A DNA stretch of 64,000 bases from an uncultured Verrucomicrobiae bacterium (GTDB taxonomy: Bacteria; Verrucomicrobiota; Verrucomicrobiia; Chthoniobacterales; Chthoniobacteraceae), in assembly GCA_963769025.1 (NCBI GenBank), contig CAVYKI010000009.1:864001-928000 (forward strand), given 5' to 3'. Positions 47,863-59,618 of this stretch are shown one piece after another. A model generated the notes under the pieces. It did not search any database. It saw nothing but the letters and a program-made list of their open reading frames with translations, and was not told where the DNA came from. Position numbers and translations under genes: made by a program. The first letter of the stretch is position 1. Each line of letters begins with the position of its first letter.

Positions 47863-48780
47863 TCACCGCCGCAGCGACACCCACAGCGTCCGCGCACCGT
47901 GACCGGCAGGGAAATCCGCCGGCTGCGCTTCGCGATGCAGGTCGCCGGCGCGCCGGTGGAATTTCAGCGCAAAGCGGGCGACACGCTCGAGATCGCTGTG
48001 CTGGAGCTTCGTGCAGTTCGTGGAAATGAGCATCCGTGAAACCGGCGCGGCCAGTTCCATTGCGGCCACGACCAAGTCTTCCAGGTCCTTCTCGACCTGC
48101 CAGCGGCGACCCTTGTTTCCCTTCGCAAACGTCGGCGGATCGAGGACGATGGCATCGAATTTCTCCCCTTGCCGCGCAAGCCGCGGCAACACCTCCAGCA
48201 CGTCGTCTGCGATGAACCGATGCCCCGCACCCGCATCCAGCCCGTTCAGCGCAAAATTCGCCCGGCCGCGCTCGATGGATTTTTTCGAAAGATCGATGCT
48301 CACCGTGGCCGCTCCCGCCAGCGCCGCGACCACGCTGAACGAGCACGTGTATGCAAATGTGTTGAGCAGGCGCGCAGGCGCCGCATTGCGGAGGAAGGCG
48401 CGGTTCGTCCGCTGATCGAGAAACAGGCCGGCGGAATATCCCGCCGCGAAATCCAGCCCGTAACGGACGCCATTCTCACGAACCTCGCCGGTGAGCGGCA
48501 GCGTCGCGTCGCCGCTCAGGAGCACGGGTGCGTCGCGATCCTCATTTTGCCGCGGGAGCAGCTTCGCGAAAATGCGGCGCGGCTGCCATCCATTCGCCAA
48601 CCCCCACTCGGCAAGTTCTTCGCTCATCACATCGGGCGCCACGGGGGTCCTGTGGGAAATGAGCGCGTCGTCCGCGAGGCGCTCGACCCATCCGTCCGCA
48701 CCCGAGAAGAGCCGGTGTGCATCCGTTTCCGCCGCCCCGAATGCGGCGGCCTGCGCAGTTGTGATCCATCCCCGGTTCAT
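47863..48780 (-). CDS. Class I SAM-dependent methyltransferase (RlmI/RlmK-like)
   Basis: GLFLDQR, LNTFAYTCSFS, NFALN, IVLDPPTF. Confidence 0.9.
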   Translation of the reverse strand: MNRGWITTAQAAAFGAAETDAHRLFSGADGWVERLADDALISHRTPVAPDVMSEELAEWGLANGWQPRRIFAKLLPRQNEDRDAPVLLSGDATLPLTGEVRENGVRYGLDFAAGYSAGLFLDQRTNRAFLRNAAPARLLNTFAYTCSFSVVAALAGAATVSIDLSKKSIERGRANFALNGLDAGAGHRFIADDVLEVLPRLARQGEKFDAIVLDPPTFAKGNKGRRWQVEKDLEDLVVAAMELAAPVSRMLISTNCTKLQHSDLERVARFALKFHRRAGDLHREAQPADFPAGHGARTLWVSLRR

Positions 48781-49451
48781 GGCGTGGGCTTCGGCGGCGA
48801 GAATACAAACCGCGCGTAAAGGTAAGCGATCACCTCATCGAGCACGCTGCGAAAACCGCTGCTGCTGGCCCACCACCGTTTGGAATCGAAGCTCATCTCA
48901 TCAACGTTGCTGATGCCGACCCGCACCCCGAGCGCCTTTTCGTAAAGCAGCCGCGTCCGCCGCGAATGCGCGCCATTGCCGGCGATGTTGATTTTGGAAT
49001 CCATAGCGCCGTGATCCCGGAGCCATTGCCGGAGCGCCAGCGCCGAGGCGTAGCTCCGATCGCGGTCAACAGCCGGGGCCGGAATCGCGGTGAGGGCCTC
49101 GGACGGCACGCCGAGCTCCATGCACATGGCCCTTGCGTACTCCGCATACGTCTTGTGCTCCCGCAATGCGTTGCCGAATTCAATCGGTCCGCCCGTCAGG
49201 CAGATGCGCTCGTATTGCGCCCGGCGAAACTCCTCCGCGGCGGCCTCGATGACGTAATCCGGCGACCATCCCTCAACGACGAGAATGCCTCCGGGGAGCG
49301 GTTCGTTGATGGCGAGGAAGCCGTAGAGATTCCGGACCACCAACGTCCCCGCCACGCCGAACACGAGGAGCAGGACCAGCCAGCCCCGCCATGTCGGCAC
49401 GATGCACTGCCGCTGTCGCAGCAGGCCGAGATATGGCGTTCGGGTGTTCAT
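48777..49451 (-). CDS. DUF218 (ElyC/YdcF)-family membrane protein
   Basis: N-terminal TM helix, VVEGW, LTGG, HSRR, WWASSSG. Confidence 0.8.
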   Translation of the reverse strand: MNTRTPYLGLLRQRQCIVPTWRGWLVLLLVFGVAGTLVVRNLYGFLAINEPLPGGILVVEGWSPDYVIEAAAEEFRRAQYERICLTGGPIEFGNALREHKTYAEYARAMCMELGVPSEALTAIPAPAVDRDRSYASALALRQWLRDHGAMDSKINIAGNGAHSRRTRLLYEKALGVRVGISNVDEMSFDSKRWWASSSGFRSVLDEVIAYLYARFVFSPPKPTP

Positions 49452-49665
49452 TCGCGCGGCACTGTCGGGATTCAGTGCGACGCGATGCAAGGGGGAAATC
49501 TGACGCCTTCGCCGCGTGAAAGCTCATTGGCGACTGATGGGAGGTCCTTCGATTTTCCGTCAACTGTTCGACATCGCAAAACCAGCCACAGTTCGCCAGT
49601 CACTGCATCGGACCACGCGCACCTCCCAGCTTCACATCCCCGGTCAGAGCCGTTAAAGCCACGCC

Positions 49666-51609
49666 ATGAAATTCCTCCTCGCCCTCCTGCTCCCCATCAC
49701 GCTCGTCGCACAGGAAGTCCGCCCCGTTCCGCCGCCGGGAATCGAGATCCCGGCGGCAGACCGCGCGGAGATCGAGGCGGGCGTGAAGAAGCTCGGCGAG
49801 GAAATCGCAAAGCTGCGTAAACTCGCGAAGCAGAACCCGCAGATCGAACGCGAACTCCCGAACGTGGAAATCTTTCACAAGTCCCCCGACTGGGCACTGC
49901 GCTACGGCGAGATCTTCGACACGAAGCAAATCGCCACCGCGAAGGATCACGTTCTCCAAGGCCTCGACCGCGCCGCCGCGCTGGCGAAAGGCGAGACGCC
50001 TTGGAATTCCGCCACCGGCCTCGTCGCGCGCGGCTACCGGTCGAAAATCGACGGCTCCGTGCAGCCGTACGGCCTGCTCGTGCCGGACACGTTCAAGGCC
50101 GGCACGAAGCAGACCCCCTTCCCGCTCAACTTCTGGTGCCACGGTCGCGGCGAGAAGAACACCGAACTGCCATTCATCAACGGCACGCAGAACAGCAAGG
50201 GCGAGTTCGCGCCCGAGGGGCAGTTCACCTGCTACCTTTTCGGCCGCTACTGCTGCGCAAATAAATTCGCCGGCGAGATGGATCTCTTCGAGGCGCTCGA
50301 CGACATCGAGGCGCACTACCCGATTGACAGGCAGCGCCTCGTCATCCGCGGCTTCAGCATGGGCGGCGCGGCGTGCTGGCAGTTTGCGTTTCACTTTCCC
50401 GGAATGTGGGCCGCTGCGGCACCCGGCGCGGGCTTCGCGGAGACGGAGGAATTCTTCGGCCGTACGCTTTACGCGGAAGGCGCCACGCCGCCGCCGTGGT
50501 GGGAGCGCCAGCTCTGGCGTTGGTATGATGCCACCATCTGCGCGCGCAACGTCGCCGGCCTGCCCGTCGTCGCCTACTCCGGCGAAAACGACGGGCAAAA
50601 GCAGGCCGCCGACATCATGCTCCGCTACGCCGCGCAGGAGAAACACAGCTTCTCGCACATCATCGGGCCGAATGTGCCGCACAAATATCATCCCGACTCG
50701 AAGCCGGTCATCGAGAAGTTCATCGAGGTCGCGCTCGTGAAAGGCGCGGACCCGGTTCCGAAATCGATAGCCTATACCACCTACTCGCTCATCTATCCGC
50801 GGCGCGCGTGGGTCGAGATTCTCGGCATGGAGAAATCCTGGGAGCGCGCCGATGTGGACGCGGTGATCGAAAAGAACACGCTCACTGTGAAGACGAAGAA
50901 CATCACCGCGCTCCAACTCTCGCCAGGCGAAGCGGCCTTCCCGCCGAAATCCACGCCGAAGCTCATCATCGACGGCACCGAGGTGAACTTGAACGGCGGC
51001 GGAGCCATCGCGGTGAAAATCGACGGCAAGTGGGGATCGGCAAAGGCGCATGCCTCCGGCAAACGCCCGGGCCTCTGCGGGCCGATCGATCATGCCTTCA
51101 TGTCGCGCTTCCTTTTTGTCCGCCCGACCGGCAAGCCGCTCAACGACGCCATCGGCAAATGGACGCAGTCGGAAATGGAGCACGCCATCAAGTCCTGGCG
51201 TGCAGTCTTCCGCGGCGATGCGCCCATCAAGGACGATACCGCCGTGACCGACGACGACATCGCGAACTGCAACCTCATCCTGTGGGGCGACATCTCGTCA
51301 AACGCAGTCCTCAAAAAGCTCTCCGACAAACTCCCCATCGGGTGGGCAAAAGACGGGCTCAACTTCAAAAGCTACCGCCTCGACCCCACCCGCTACGCGC
51401 CCGTGCTCATCTACCCGAACCCGCTCAACCCCTCGCGCTACATCGTGCTGAACAGCGGCCACACCTTCCGCGAATTTGCGCTGCTGAACAACAGCGACCA
51501 GACGCCGAAGCTCCCTGACTGGGCCCTCGTGGACATCACCGTCCCCGCCGACGCCAAATGGCCCGGCCTGATCTACGACGCGGGGTTCTTCGACGGGAAC
51601 TGGAAGTAA
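49666..51609 (+). CDS. Secreted alpha/beta-fold serine hydrolase (prolyl oligopeptidase/esterase-like)
   Basis: Signal peptide, SKIDGSVQPY, CHGRG, GFSMGG, GEND, PHKY. Confidence 0.85.
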   Translation: MKFLLALLLPITLVAQEVRPVPPPGIEIPAADRAEIEAGVKKLGEEIAKLRKLAKQNPQIERELPNVEIFHKSPDWALRYGEIFDTKQIATAKDHVLQGLDRAAALAKGETPWNSATGLVARGYRSKIDGSVQPYGLLVPDTFKAGTKQTPFPLNFWCHGRGEKNTELPFINGTQNSKGEFAPEGQFTCYLFGRYCCANKFAGEMDLFEALDDIEAHYPIDRQRLVIRGFSMGGAACWQFAFHFPGMWAAAAPGAGFAETEEFFGRTLYAEGATPPPWWERQLWRWYDATICARNVAGLPVVAYSGENDGQKQAADIMLRYAAQEKHSFSHIIGPNVPHKYHPDSKPVIEKFIEVALVKGADPVPKSIAYTTYSLIYPRRAWVEILGMEKSWERADVDAVIEKNTLTVKTKNITALQLSPGEAAFPPKSTPKLIIDGTEVNLNGGGAIAVKIDGKWGSAKAHASGKRPGLCGPIDHAFMSRFLFVRPTGKPLNDAIGKWTQSEMEHAIKSWRAVFRGDAPIKDDTAVTDDDIANCNLILWGDISSNAVLKKLSDKLPIGWAKDGLNFKSYRLDPTRYAPVLIYPNPLNPSRYIVLNSGHTFREFALLNNSDQTPKLPDWALVDITVPADAKWPGLIYDAGFFDGNWK

Positions 51610-51689
51610 TTCGTAGCCGCCGAAGGGACGAGGCGGGCACGCTCATCCAACGGTCGCAATGACACTGGCCCGCCTCCTTCCGTAGTCGG

Positions 51690-52738
51690 CTACTTCAACT
51701 GCACGACGCCTGCGCCCTTCTCCATCCGGCCGATGACGCGCGCCTTGAGCTTCGCCTTTACAGGGCCGGCGTCTTTTTCTGCCACAACGACCGTCATGCC
51801 GATGCCCATGTTGAAGACCTGATACATCTCCGCGCGGTCCACTTTCCCGCCGCGCTCGATGTGCTGAAAAATCGCCGGGCACTTTCCAGACTCGCGTGTC
51901 GATCACGGCGTCGCAGGTCTTGGGCAGCACGCGCGGGAGATTGTCGACGAGCCCGCCGCCGGTGATGTGCGCGAGGCCCTTCACGAGGCCGTGCGGGAGC
52001 TTCGCGAGCGAGCGGCTGGTAGTTGCGGTGCACGCGCAGCAGTTCGTCGCCGAGCGTGCCTTTCACGCCGGGCGAGCTTGCTCGTGAGCTTCAGGCCCAT
52101 CTGATCGAAGAGGACTTTGCGCGCGAGCGAGTAGCCGTTCGTGTGCAGGCCGTTCGATGCCAGGCCGAGGATCACATCGCCGACGCTGATGCGCGAGCCG
52201 TCGAGCAGCTTCGGGCGATCCACGACGCCGACGATGGTGCCCGCGAGATCGTATTCGCCGCGCTGATACATGCCGGGCATCTGCGCGGTCTCGCCGCCGA
52301 TGAGCGCGCAGCCCGCGGCCTTGCACGCTTTCGCGAAGCCCTTGATGCAGCTGCGTGAAGACGGCGGGCTCGAGCTTTTCCGCGCCGATGTAGTCGAGGA
52401 AGAACAGCGGCCGCGCGCCGATGACGGCGATGTCGTTCACGCAATGATTCACGAGGTCCTGGCCCATCGTGTCGTGCCGGTCCGGTCGCGAAGGCGAGCT
52501 TCAGCTTCGTGCCCACGCCGTCCACGCTGGAGACGAGCACCGGGTCTTTCATCCCGCGGAAATTCGGGCGGAACAGCCCGCCGAATCCGCCGATCTTACC
52601 GAGCACCTCGGGCCCGTGCGTGCCCTTCACGAGCGCCTGGATGCCGCTCTTCACGCGGTTGCCGAGGTCCACATCCACGCCGGCGGCGGCGTAGGCTTTC
52701 TTCGATTTCGGGTTTCTGGATTTCGGAATGCTAGCCAT
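51690..52738 (-). CDS. purM: Phosphoribosylformylglycinamidine cyclo-ligase, frameshifted
   Basis: [38 protein letters not shown]. Confidence 0.95.
52702..52729 (-). repeat. Heptamer repeats inside the purM 5' end
   Basis: ATTCCGA AATCCAG AAACCCG AAATCGA, encoding IPKSRNPKS. Confidence 0.55.
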
Positions 52739-52752
52739 TGCGAAAATGCGGA

Positions 52753-54228
52753 CTAGCTTGAGTTTGTCGAAAAGCTCCGGCTGCGTGCTCGTCTTCGGCG
52801 AGCGAGGTTCTCGCGGTTCGCGCGGCGCTCCATGATGAATTTGTCGCAGCGTCGGGATCGACCGGCACCGGGTAGTCGCCGTTGAAGCACGCGAGGCAGA
52901 AGTTCCTCTTCGGCTGGCCCGTGGCGCGCACCATGCCGGCGACGTCGAGGTAGCCGATGCAGTCCGCGCCGAGGTAGTCGCGGATCTGCCTCGAGCGTGT
53001 GCTGGTTGGCGATGAGCTTTTCCGGATCGGGAAAGTCGATGCCGTAATGGCAGGCGTGCCGGTGCGGCGGGCAGCAGATGCGCATGTGCACTTCCTTCGC
53101 GCCGGCTTCGCGCAGATTCATCACGCGCGCCGGGCGGTGGTGCCGCGCACGATCGAGTCGTCCACGACCACGACGCGTTTCCCGTCCACCATCTCCTTGA
53201 TGAGGTTCAGCTTCACGCGCACGTTGAAATCGCGGATGAGCTGCGTGGGCTGGAGAAAGGTGCGGCCGATGTAGTGATTGCGGACAAAGGCGTGCTCGTA
53301 AGCGGATGCCGAGCTCCTCGGCGAAGCCGAGCGCGGCGTAGTTCCCGCAGTCCGGCACGGGCACGACGATGTCGGCCTCCACGGGATGTCTCGACGGCGA
53401 GTTCGCGTCCCATCTCCGTGCGGACGCGCGCGACGTTGATGTCGCTGATGATCGAGTCGGGCCGCGCGAAATAGACGTACTCGAACATGCAGAACGCGCT
53501 GCGCTCCGTCGTCGAACGGAAACTCGCGAGCGGATGCCATTTTCGTCGATGATGACGACCTCGCCCGGCTCGATCTCGCGGACGAACTCGGCGTGGATCA
53601 GATCGAAGGCGCACGTCTCGCTGGAGAGCACGTACGCGCCTTCGAGCTTGCCGAGCGACGAGCGGGCGGAAGCCGAAGCGGATCGCGCACGCCGATGATT
53701 TCGCGTCTCGCTCATCATCACGAGCGAGAACGCGCCCTGGATGCGGCGCAGCGCGGCGAGCACGCTGCTCGGTCCGGTCGGCTGCGCGAGCAGATGCAGG
53801 ATGATCTCGCTGTCCACCGTCGTCTGGAAAATGGAGCCGCTTCGCCTCGAGCTCGTCGCGCAGCAGGGCGGCGTTGACGAGGTTGCCGTTGTGGCCGATG
53901 GCGATCTGGCCGCGCGCGCAGTCCACCATGAGCGGCTGCGCGTTGGTGAGTGTTGCTCGATGCCGGTCGTCGAGTAGCGCACGTGGCCGATGGCGCGCGT
54001 GCCCTTGAGCCGCTCGAGATCCGCGCGCCTTGAAGACCTGCGAGACGAGACCCATGTCCACATGGCGGATGAACGGCGAATCCGGGCTTCCGCCGCGGTG
54101 ACGATGCCCGCGCTCTCCTGTCCGCGATGCTGCAGGGCGAAGAGACCGTAGTAGGTCAGCATCGCGGCGTTCGGATGGCCGAAGACGGCGAAGACGCCGC
54201 ACTCGTGTTTCGGATGGTAATGGTTCAC
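52753..54228 (-). CDS. purF: Amidophosphoribosyltransferase (propeptide, Fe-S type), frameshifted
   Basis: [43 protein letters not shown]. Confidence 0.96.
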   Translation of the reverse strand: MNHYHPKHECGVFAVFGHPNAAMLTYYGLFALQHRGQESAGIVTAAEARIRRSSAMWTWVSSRRSSRRADLERLKGTRAIGHVRYSTTGIEQHSPTRSRSWWTARAARSPSATTATSSTPPCCATSSRRSGSIFQTTVDSEIILHLLAQPTGPSSVLAALRRIQGAFSLVMMSETRNHRRARSASASARSSLGKLEGAYVLSSETCAFDLIHAEFVREIEPGEVVIIDENGIRSRVSVRRRSAARSACSSTSISRGPTRSSATSTSRASARRWDANSPSRHPVEADIVVPVPDCGNYAALGFAEELGIRLRARLCPQSLHRPHLSPAHAAHPRFQRAREAEPHQGDGGRETRRGRGRLDRARHHRPARVMNLREAGAKEVHMRICCPPHRHACHYGIDFPDPEKLIANQHTLEADPRLPRRGLHRLPRRRRHGARHGPAEEELLPRVLQRRLPGAGRSRRCDKFIMERRANRENLARRRRARSRSFSTNSS

Positions 54229-54243
54229 GCGAGGCAGGCGGCG

Positions 54244-54272
54244 GAGATACGGGGCAACGCTGTGCGCGTCAA
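54244..54272 (-). promoter_or_regulatory. Putative promoter of purF-purM
   Basis: TTGACG-17-TATCTC. Confidence 0.55.
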
Positions 54273-57052
54273 GCGGGGGTCGTCACGGGACGCTTTTCCG
54301 CAGCCTGCGCGAGGGCTTTGTTCAGCTCATGCAGGCTCCACGCCGAGGTCACCGGGCCGCCTTCGATATCGGTGATGTAGAAGCTGTCGATGGCCGCGCC
54401 TTTCTCCGTGGTGATGCGCGCGGCCGCGATCAGAAACTGCGCGTCGCTCACCGCACGGAGGATGTCGTACAGCAGCCCGAGCCGGTCGGGCGCAGCGATG
54501 TCCACGACGGTGTAGTTGGGATTGACGTCCGGATTGATCGCGATGCGCACCGGAAAATCCAGCGTGCGCTCCCACGTCTGCAGGCGCCGCAGCCGTTTCG
54601 CGATGAGGGGCTCAAAGTCGTAGTTCTCCACGCGGAGCGCCTCGATCAAGAGCTTGGTCACGCGCTGCATGTCACGCTCGTCCTCGATCGCCTTGAAGCG
54701 CGGCGTGGTGACGCGGAAGAGGTCGAGCGCGAGCCCGTCGTGCCGGGTGAAGATGTCCGCGCTGAGAATGTTCAGCTCGTTTGCCGCCAGTGCGCCCGCG
54801 ATGCGGGTGAGCAACTGGTGACGATCCCACGTGCAGACCCAGAGTTCGCTGTGGCCCGCGTTCGGGCGGGGAATCCAGCGCAGGACCGGCTCGAGCGTTC
54901 CCTCGTCGCCCTCGAAATGCTTTTCGAGAAACTCCCGGATCATCCGGAGGTGATCCACGATCTCCCCGGCGGGATGCGTCTGAAAGTAGCGTTCCGGCAG
55001 CGCCGCAAAGTGCGCATCGATCTCCGTCTCGAAGTCCGCTGACATTTTCTCCAGCACCGCGGCCTTGAGCTCCTGCCGCTCGACATGCCGCTGCCGGCGG
55101 AACCCTTCGCTGTCCGCGAGGCACCGTGTCGCCTGCCGGTAGAGCTGCCACGCGAGCGACTCCGTCCAGGCGTTCCAAATCTTTTCATCCCCCACCCCGA
55201 GGCCGTCCGCGGTCGTGAGCAGCATCAGTGCGTCGAGATTCGCCTGACTCCCGACGACCGCCGCAAAGCCCTCGATCGTGCCGGGGTCGGAGAGGTCGCG
55301 CTGCCTCGCGGTGCGCGCCAGCAGATCGTGGTTGTCCACGAGGAAAATGAGCATCCTCCGCTGCGGGCTCGAGAGTTGGAGACGCCGTGCGACCTTCTGC
55401 GCGTTGATGGTGCTCTCCACCGCGTGGTGCCGGCTGTTGGCCGCCTTGCCCGTATCATGCAAAAGCAGCGCGAGGTAGAGCACGTAGGGATCGCCGAGTT
55501 TTTGAAAAAGCTCCCGGTAGCCCTGGTGCCGCGGCTCCTCGGTATCTAGCAGACTGTCGAGCTTCTCCACGCAGACCAGCGTGTGCTCGTCCACCGTGTA
55601 GCGGTGGAAATATTCGTGCTGCACGAGCGCGGTGAGCCGGCCGAATTCCGGCATCCACCGCCCCAGGAAATCCACGCGGTGCATCGTGTGCAGGATGTGG
55701 CCGACCTGCCCCTTCTTCCGCAGGATGCTCGAGAACACCTCACGGTTCACCTTCAGGTAGCGAAATGTGTTGTTGATGTATTTCAGCCGTCGCCGGACGA
55801 GTTGCCGCAGCTCCGGGCTGATGCGCAGACCCCGCAGTTGAACGTGCTGGAAGAGGCGCATCATCCGCGCGCTGTCCTCCTTGAAAATCTGCCGGTCCCG
55901 ATAGTAGAGCCGGTCGCCGATGGCGATGAAGCCGTCGAATTCCTCGCGCTTCGCCTTCGCCTTCGCCGTCCGCCGGAATGGCAGAAACCGGAAAAATCCC
56001 CCGGGCTGCCGCGCTTCCACCGTCGGCAGCGCGAGACGCTCGGACACGAGTTCGGTCAGCTCATAAATGGCGCGCGCGTTGCGGTAGTAGTCCCGCATCA
56101 GCTCTTCCGTGCGCCGCAGCACATCCGGGAATCTCTCCCGGTAGCCGAGACGATCCGCGATGTCCTTCTGGTTGCCGATCAGGATCACATCGGCGTGCCG
56201 GTCGGTGACGTAATGCAGCTCCGTCCGCAGCCGGAAAAGAAAGTCATAGGCGCGATCCAGTTCCCGCTTCTCGGTTTCATCCAGGTATTTCTTGGCCACG
56301 AGTTCCCGCGTCGTCCGCACGCGGTATTTGAAATACGCCATCCAGAGCAGGTTCTGGTAATCCCGCAGCCCGCCGCAGCCGTTCTTGATGTTTGGCTCCT
56401 GCATGTAAACAGCGTCGCCGTATTTGCCGTGACGTGACGCCTGATCCGCGACTCGTGCCTCGAGGTAATCCTCCGTGTGTCCGTCCACGCACGATTTCAG
56501 AAACCGCTGCTGGAACGCCTCGAAAAGGTCCTTGTCGCCCCACAGGAAGCGCGCCTCGAGCATCGCCGTCTTCGACTGCATTTCCTTGTTCGCCTCCTGC
56601 ACCGTTTCCGTGAGATTTCGCGTCGAGTGCCCGGGTGTGAAATCGCACGCAAAGAGCACATTCAGCACGTCCTTCACCACCGGCGCGACGCCCCCGGGAA
56701 GCCGCAACCGGCCGCCGTGGAGAAACGCGATGTCCACGTCGCTCTTCGGGTTCAGTTCCCGCCGGCCGTAGCCGCCGATCGCCATCAACGTGAGCCTCGG
56801 AGGCTTGATACCTGAGCTTCGGAGCTGCGCGATCCCCACCGCCATCAGGTGGCAGATGAAATCATCGATCGTATCCGCGCGCATCCGGCCACCTTCGAGA
56901 CCGCCCGTGATTCTGCGGTGCTGGAGTTCGAGCCACTTTTCCTCCACACGGAGCGCCTTGCGATACGTCGCGACGCGCGTCTCGAACGTGTAGTCCCCAC
57001 CGGCTTTCAGGCGGACTTCGATTTCCGCCAGGACCTTCGCAAATCGGCGCAT
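54269..57052 (-). CDS. glnD: [Protein-PII] uridylyltransferase / uridylyl-removing enzyme
   Basis: GGYGRRELNPKSDVD, EPNIKNGCGGLRD, FHRYTVDEH, LLHDTGK, two ACT domains (DRLGLL, AIDSFY). Confidence 0.96.
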   Translation of the reverse strand: MRRFAKVLAEIEVRLKAGGDYTFETRVATYRKALRVEEKWLELQHRRITGGLEGGRMRADTIDDFICHLMAVGIAQLRSSGIKPPRLTLMAIGGYGRRELNPKSDVDIAFLHGGRLRLPGGVAPVVKDVLNVLFACDFTPGHSTRNLTETVQEANKEMQSKTAMLEARFLWGDKDLFEAFQQRFLKSCVDGHTEDYLEARVADQASRHGKYGDAVYMQEPNIKNGCGGLRDYQNLLWMAYFKYRVRTTRELVAKKYLDETEKRELDRAYDFLFRLRTELHYVTDRHADVILIGNQKDIADRLGYRERFPDVLRRTEELMRDYYRNARAIYELTELVSERLALPTVEARQPGGFFRFLPFRRTAKAKAKREEFDGFIAIGDRLYYRDRQIFKEDSARMMRLFQHVQLRGLRISPELRQLVRRRLKYINNTFRYLKVNREVFSSILRKKGQVGHILHTMHRVDFLGRWMPEFGRLTALVQHEYFHRYTVDEHTLVCVEKLDSLLDTEEPRHQGYRELFQKLGDPYVLYLALLLHDTGKAANSRHHAVESTINAQKVARRLQLSSPQRRMLIFLVDNHDLLARTARQRDLSDPGTIEGFAAVVGSQANLDALMLLTTADGLGVGDEKIWNAWTESLAWQLYRQATRCLADSEGFRRQRHVERQELKAAVLEKMSADFETEIDAHFAALPERYFQTHPAGEIVDHLRMIREFLEKHFEGDEGTLEPVLRWIPRPNAGHSELWVCTWDRHQLLTRIAGALAANELNILSADIFTRHDGLALDLFRVTTPRFKAIEDERDMQRVTKLLIEALRVENYDFEPLIAKRLRRLQTWERTLDFPVRIAINPDVNPNYTVVDIAAPDRLGLLYDILRAVSDAQFLIAAARITTEKGAAIDSFYITDIEGGPVTSAWSLHELNKALAQAAEKRPVTTPA

Positions 57053-57076
57053 CAGGATTCGGGCTGCCCGTGTCTC

Positions 57077-58624
57077 TTACGCGAGCGAAAACGTCTGCTG
57101 CCCCGGCGCGCCCCCCGCCACGATGCGGACCTTGGCGTCATTCGCCGCGAGGTGCGTGAGCGTGTGAAATACAGCCTCGGCATCCGCACCGAGCGCCTGC
57201 GCGATCTGCGCCGCAGTCTGCGCCTCCGCCTTCAGCGCCGCGCGCACCCGGCGCTGGAGTTCCAGCACCGTCGCCGCCGCCTTCTTGCCCGCCTCCACCC
57301 CCGGCTGGTGATACGCGTTGACGTTCACCAGCGTCGCATAGAAGCCCACAGCCCGGTCGTAGAGCGCGATGATCGCTCCCACCGTCTGCGGCGACACCGC
57401 GGGGATGCTCAGCGTCACGCTGTCGCGTCCGCTTTCATAGAGCGCCTGCCGCGTGCCGCGCAGGAATCCCTGCAAGTAATCGCCCGCGGTGATCCCCTGC
57501 TCCACCTCGATGCCCGCCGCCGCGCGGTCCTTCCGCACCTCGATGAATGTCGCGAAAAAATTGTTCACCCCGTCCCGGAGCTGCTGCACGTAGGCATGCT
57601 GGTCGGTCGAGCCCTTGTTCCCGTACACCGCGATGCCCTGGTGCACTTCCTTGCCGTCGAGATCGAGTTTCTTGCCGAGGCTCTCCATCACGAGCTGCTG
57701 GAGATACTTTGAGAAAAGCGCGAGCCGGTCCTTGTACGGCAGCACCACCATGTCCTTCGCGCCCTTGCCGCCGCCGGCGAAATGCCAGCTCAGCGCGAGC
57801 AGCATCGCGGGATTCTTCCGCGTCTCGGTGCTGCGCGTCCATTCGTCCATCAGCGAAGCGCCTTCGAGGATGCCGCCGATCTCCAGCCCTTGCAGCGCCA
57901 GCGGCAGCAGCCCCACCGCGCTCATCACCGAGGTGCGCCCGCCGACCCAGTCCCACATCGGGAAACGCGCCAGCCACTTCTGCTCCGTCGCGTACTTGTC
58001 GAGCGGCGAGCCCACGCCGGTCACCGCGACGGCATGCGATGCGAAATCAATCCCCGCGCGCTTGTAGGCGGCCTCGGCTTCCAGCATCCCGTTGCGCGTC
58101 TCCGGCGTGCCGCCGCTCTTGGAAATGGTGATGACCAGCGTGTGATCCAGCCGGTGCTCCAGCGACGCCAGCGTGCGGTCGATCCCGTCCGGGTCCGTGT
58201 TGTCGAAAAAATGCAGCCGCATCCGATCCTCCTGCGTCCCGAGCGCATCCGCGACAAACTGCGGCCCGAGCGCCGAGCCGCCGATGCCCACCACCAGCAC
58301 GTCCATGAATTTTTCGCCCTGATGCGTCCGCATCGCGAACTCCTTGATGTTCGCATAGCATGTCACGATCTCCTCGCGCAGCTCGTCGTTTGGCGCGATC
58401 TCCGGCGTCCGCAGCCAGTAATGCCCGACCATCCGCTTCTCATCCGGATTCGCAATCGCGCCCTTCTCCAGCGCATCCATCGCCACGAACGCCTTCTGCG
58501 CCGCCGGCTCCATCCCTGCGAACCATTCGTCGCTGAACCGCATCCGGCTCACATCGAGCGAAACGCCGAGTTCCTCGTTGGCCGTGAAATACTGCTGATA
58601 CCGTTCCCAGAGCGAAGTGGACAT
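57077..58624 (-). CDS. pgi: Glucose-6-phosphate isomerase
   Basis: [43 protein letters not shown]. Confidence 0.96.
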   Translation of the reverse strand: MSTSLWERYQQYFTANEELGVSLDVSRMRFSDEWFAGMEPAAQKAFVAMDALEKGAIANPDEKRMVGHYWLRTPEIAPNDELREEIVTCYANIKEFAMRTHQGEKFMDVLVVGIGGSALGPQFVADALGTQEDRMRLHFFDNTDPDGIDRTLASLEHRLDHTLVITISKSGGTPETRNGMLEAEAAYKRAGIDFASHAVAVTGVGSPLDKYATEQKWLARFPMWDWVGGRTSVMSAVGLLPLALQGLEIGGILEGASLMDEWTRSTETRKNPAMLLALSWHFAGGGKGAKDMVVLPYKDRLALFSKYLQQLVMESLGKKLDLDGKEVHQGIAVYGNKGSTDQHAYVQQLRDGVNNFFATFIEVRKDRAAAGIEVEQGITAGDYLQGFLRGTRQALYESGRDSVTLSIPAVSPQTVGAIIALYDRAVGFYATLVNVNAYHQPGVEAGKKAAATVLELQRRVRAALKAEAQTAAQIAQALGADAEAVFHTLTHLAANDAKVRIVAGGAPGQQTFSLA

Positions 58625-58729
58625 AGGGCCGCGAATGAAGCGCCCCGCGCCGCGCCGTGCAAGCCCCGGCAATGTCAGACCGCCCGGCAGACGCCGCACC
58701 CGCGGCCCATTTTCATGCCCGTCGCTCCG

Positions 58730-59575
58730 CTACTCGATCGCCTCGACCTCGACCTCAACTTCCATCTTCCGATCCGTGGTGCCCTTGTAGTGGCCGCGGA
58801 CGGGAGGCACGTCGGCGTAGTCACGCCCCACGGCGAGCTTGATGTAGCGCTCGTCGGTGGGCTGGTTGTTCGTGGGATCGAGGCCGCACCAGCCGAGGCC
58901 GGGGACGAATACTTCGCACCATGCGTGGCTCGCCTGCGCGCCGAGGAGGTGATCGCGCGGGCCGTTGTAAAGGTAGCCGCTGACGTAGAGCGCAGGGATG
59001 CGGAGCGCGCGGCAGAGGCCGATCATCACGTGGGCGAAGTCCTGGCAGACGCCGCGGCAGTCCGCGAGCACGTCGCGCATGTGCGTGTGCACCGATGTGA
59101 CATTCGGCGTGTACGCGAAACACGAGTGGATGCGTTCCATGATCGCGCAGGCCGCGCCCCACACGTCTTCGCAGCCCGCGGTGATGTCGATCGCCAGCCG
59201 CCATGCCTCGGGGCTGTCCTCCACGTGGGTGCTCTCCTGGAGGAAGTCGAAGCACCGCTCGCTCTTCCGGCACTCCGAGAGCCGCGCGAGGGCGACGGGC
59301 GAGGTTTCCGGGCGCGTCGTGACTGGCATCGTGGTCACCTTCGCAAAACTCTCGACGAGGAGAGTCGCGTGAGGCGTCGGCAGCTCGAAGAAGTGGATGA
59401 CGTTCGCGTGGAAGTCCGTGTAGTGCGAAAGGCGCGCCGCAGGCAGCACTTTCAGCAGGAAGGAGTCGCAGGACTGATGCTCATTCGTCACGGGCCGGAG
59501 GCGGACTTCATTGAAGCTTTCGCGAACCGGCGATGCGTAGGTGTAGCGTGTGCGGTGTGTGACTTGGAGTTTCAT
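58730..59575 (-). CDS. Transglutaminase-like protein with bacterial N-terminal domain
   Basis: VTHRTRYTY, GVCQDFAH, YVSGYL, SHAWCEV, DPTN, GRDYADV. Confidence 0.93.
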   Translation of the reverse strand: MKLQVTHRTRYTYASPVRESFNEVRLRPVTNEHQSCDSFLLKVLPAARLSHYTDFHANVIHFFELPTPHATLLVESFAKVTTMPVTTRPETSPVALARLSECRKSERCFDFLQESTHVEDSPEAWRLAIDITAGCEDVWGAACAIMERIHSCFAYTPNVTSVHTHMRDVLADCRGVCQDFAHVMIGLCRALRIPALYVSGYLYNGPRDHLLGAQASHAWCEVFVPGLGWCGLDPTNNQPTDERYIKLAVGRDYADVPPVRGHYKGTTDRKMEVEVEVEAIE

Positions 59576-59589
59576 CCCGGAGGCAGCGG

Positions 59590-59618
59590 AAGCTGGGGGG
59601 ATGATCCAACGTTGGCAA
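59590..59618 (-). promoter_or_regulatory. Putative internal promoter for the second transglutaminase
   Basis: TTGCCA-17-CAGCTT, 14 nt before the ATG. Confidence 0.45.
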
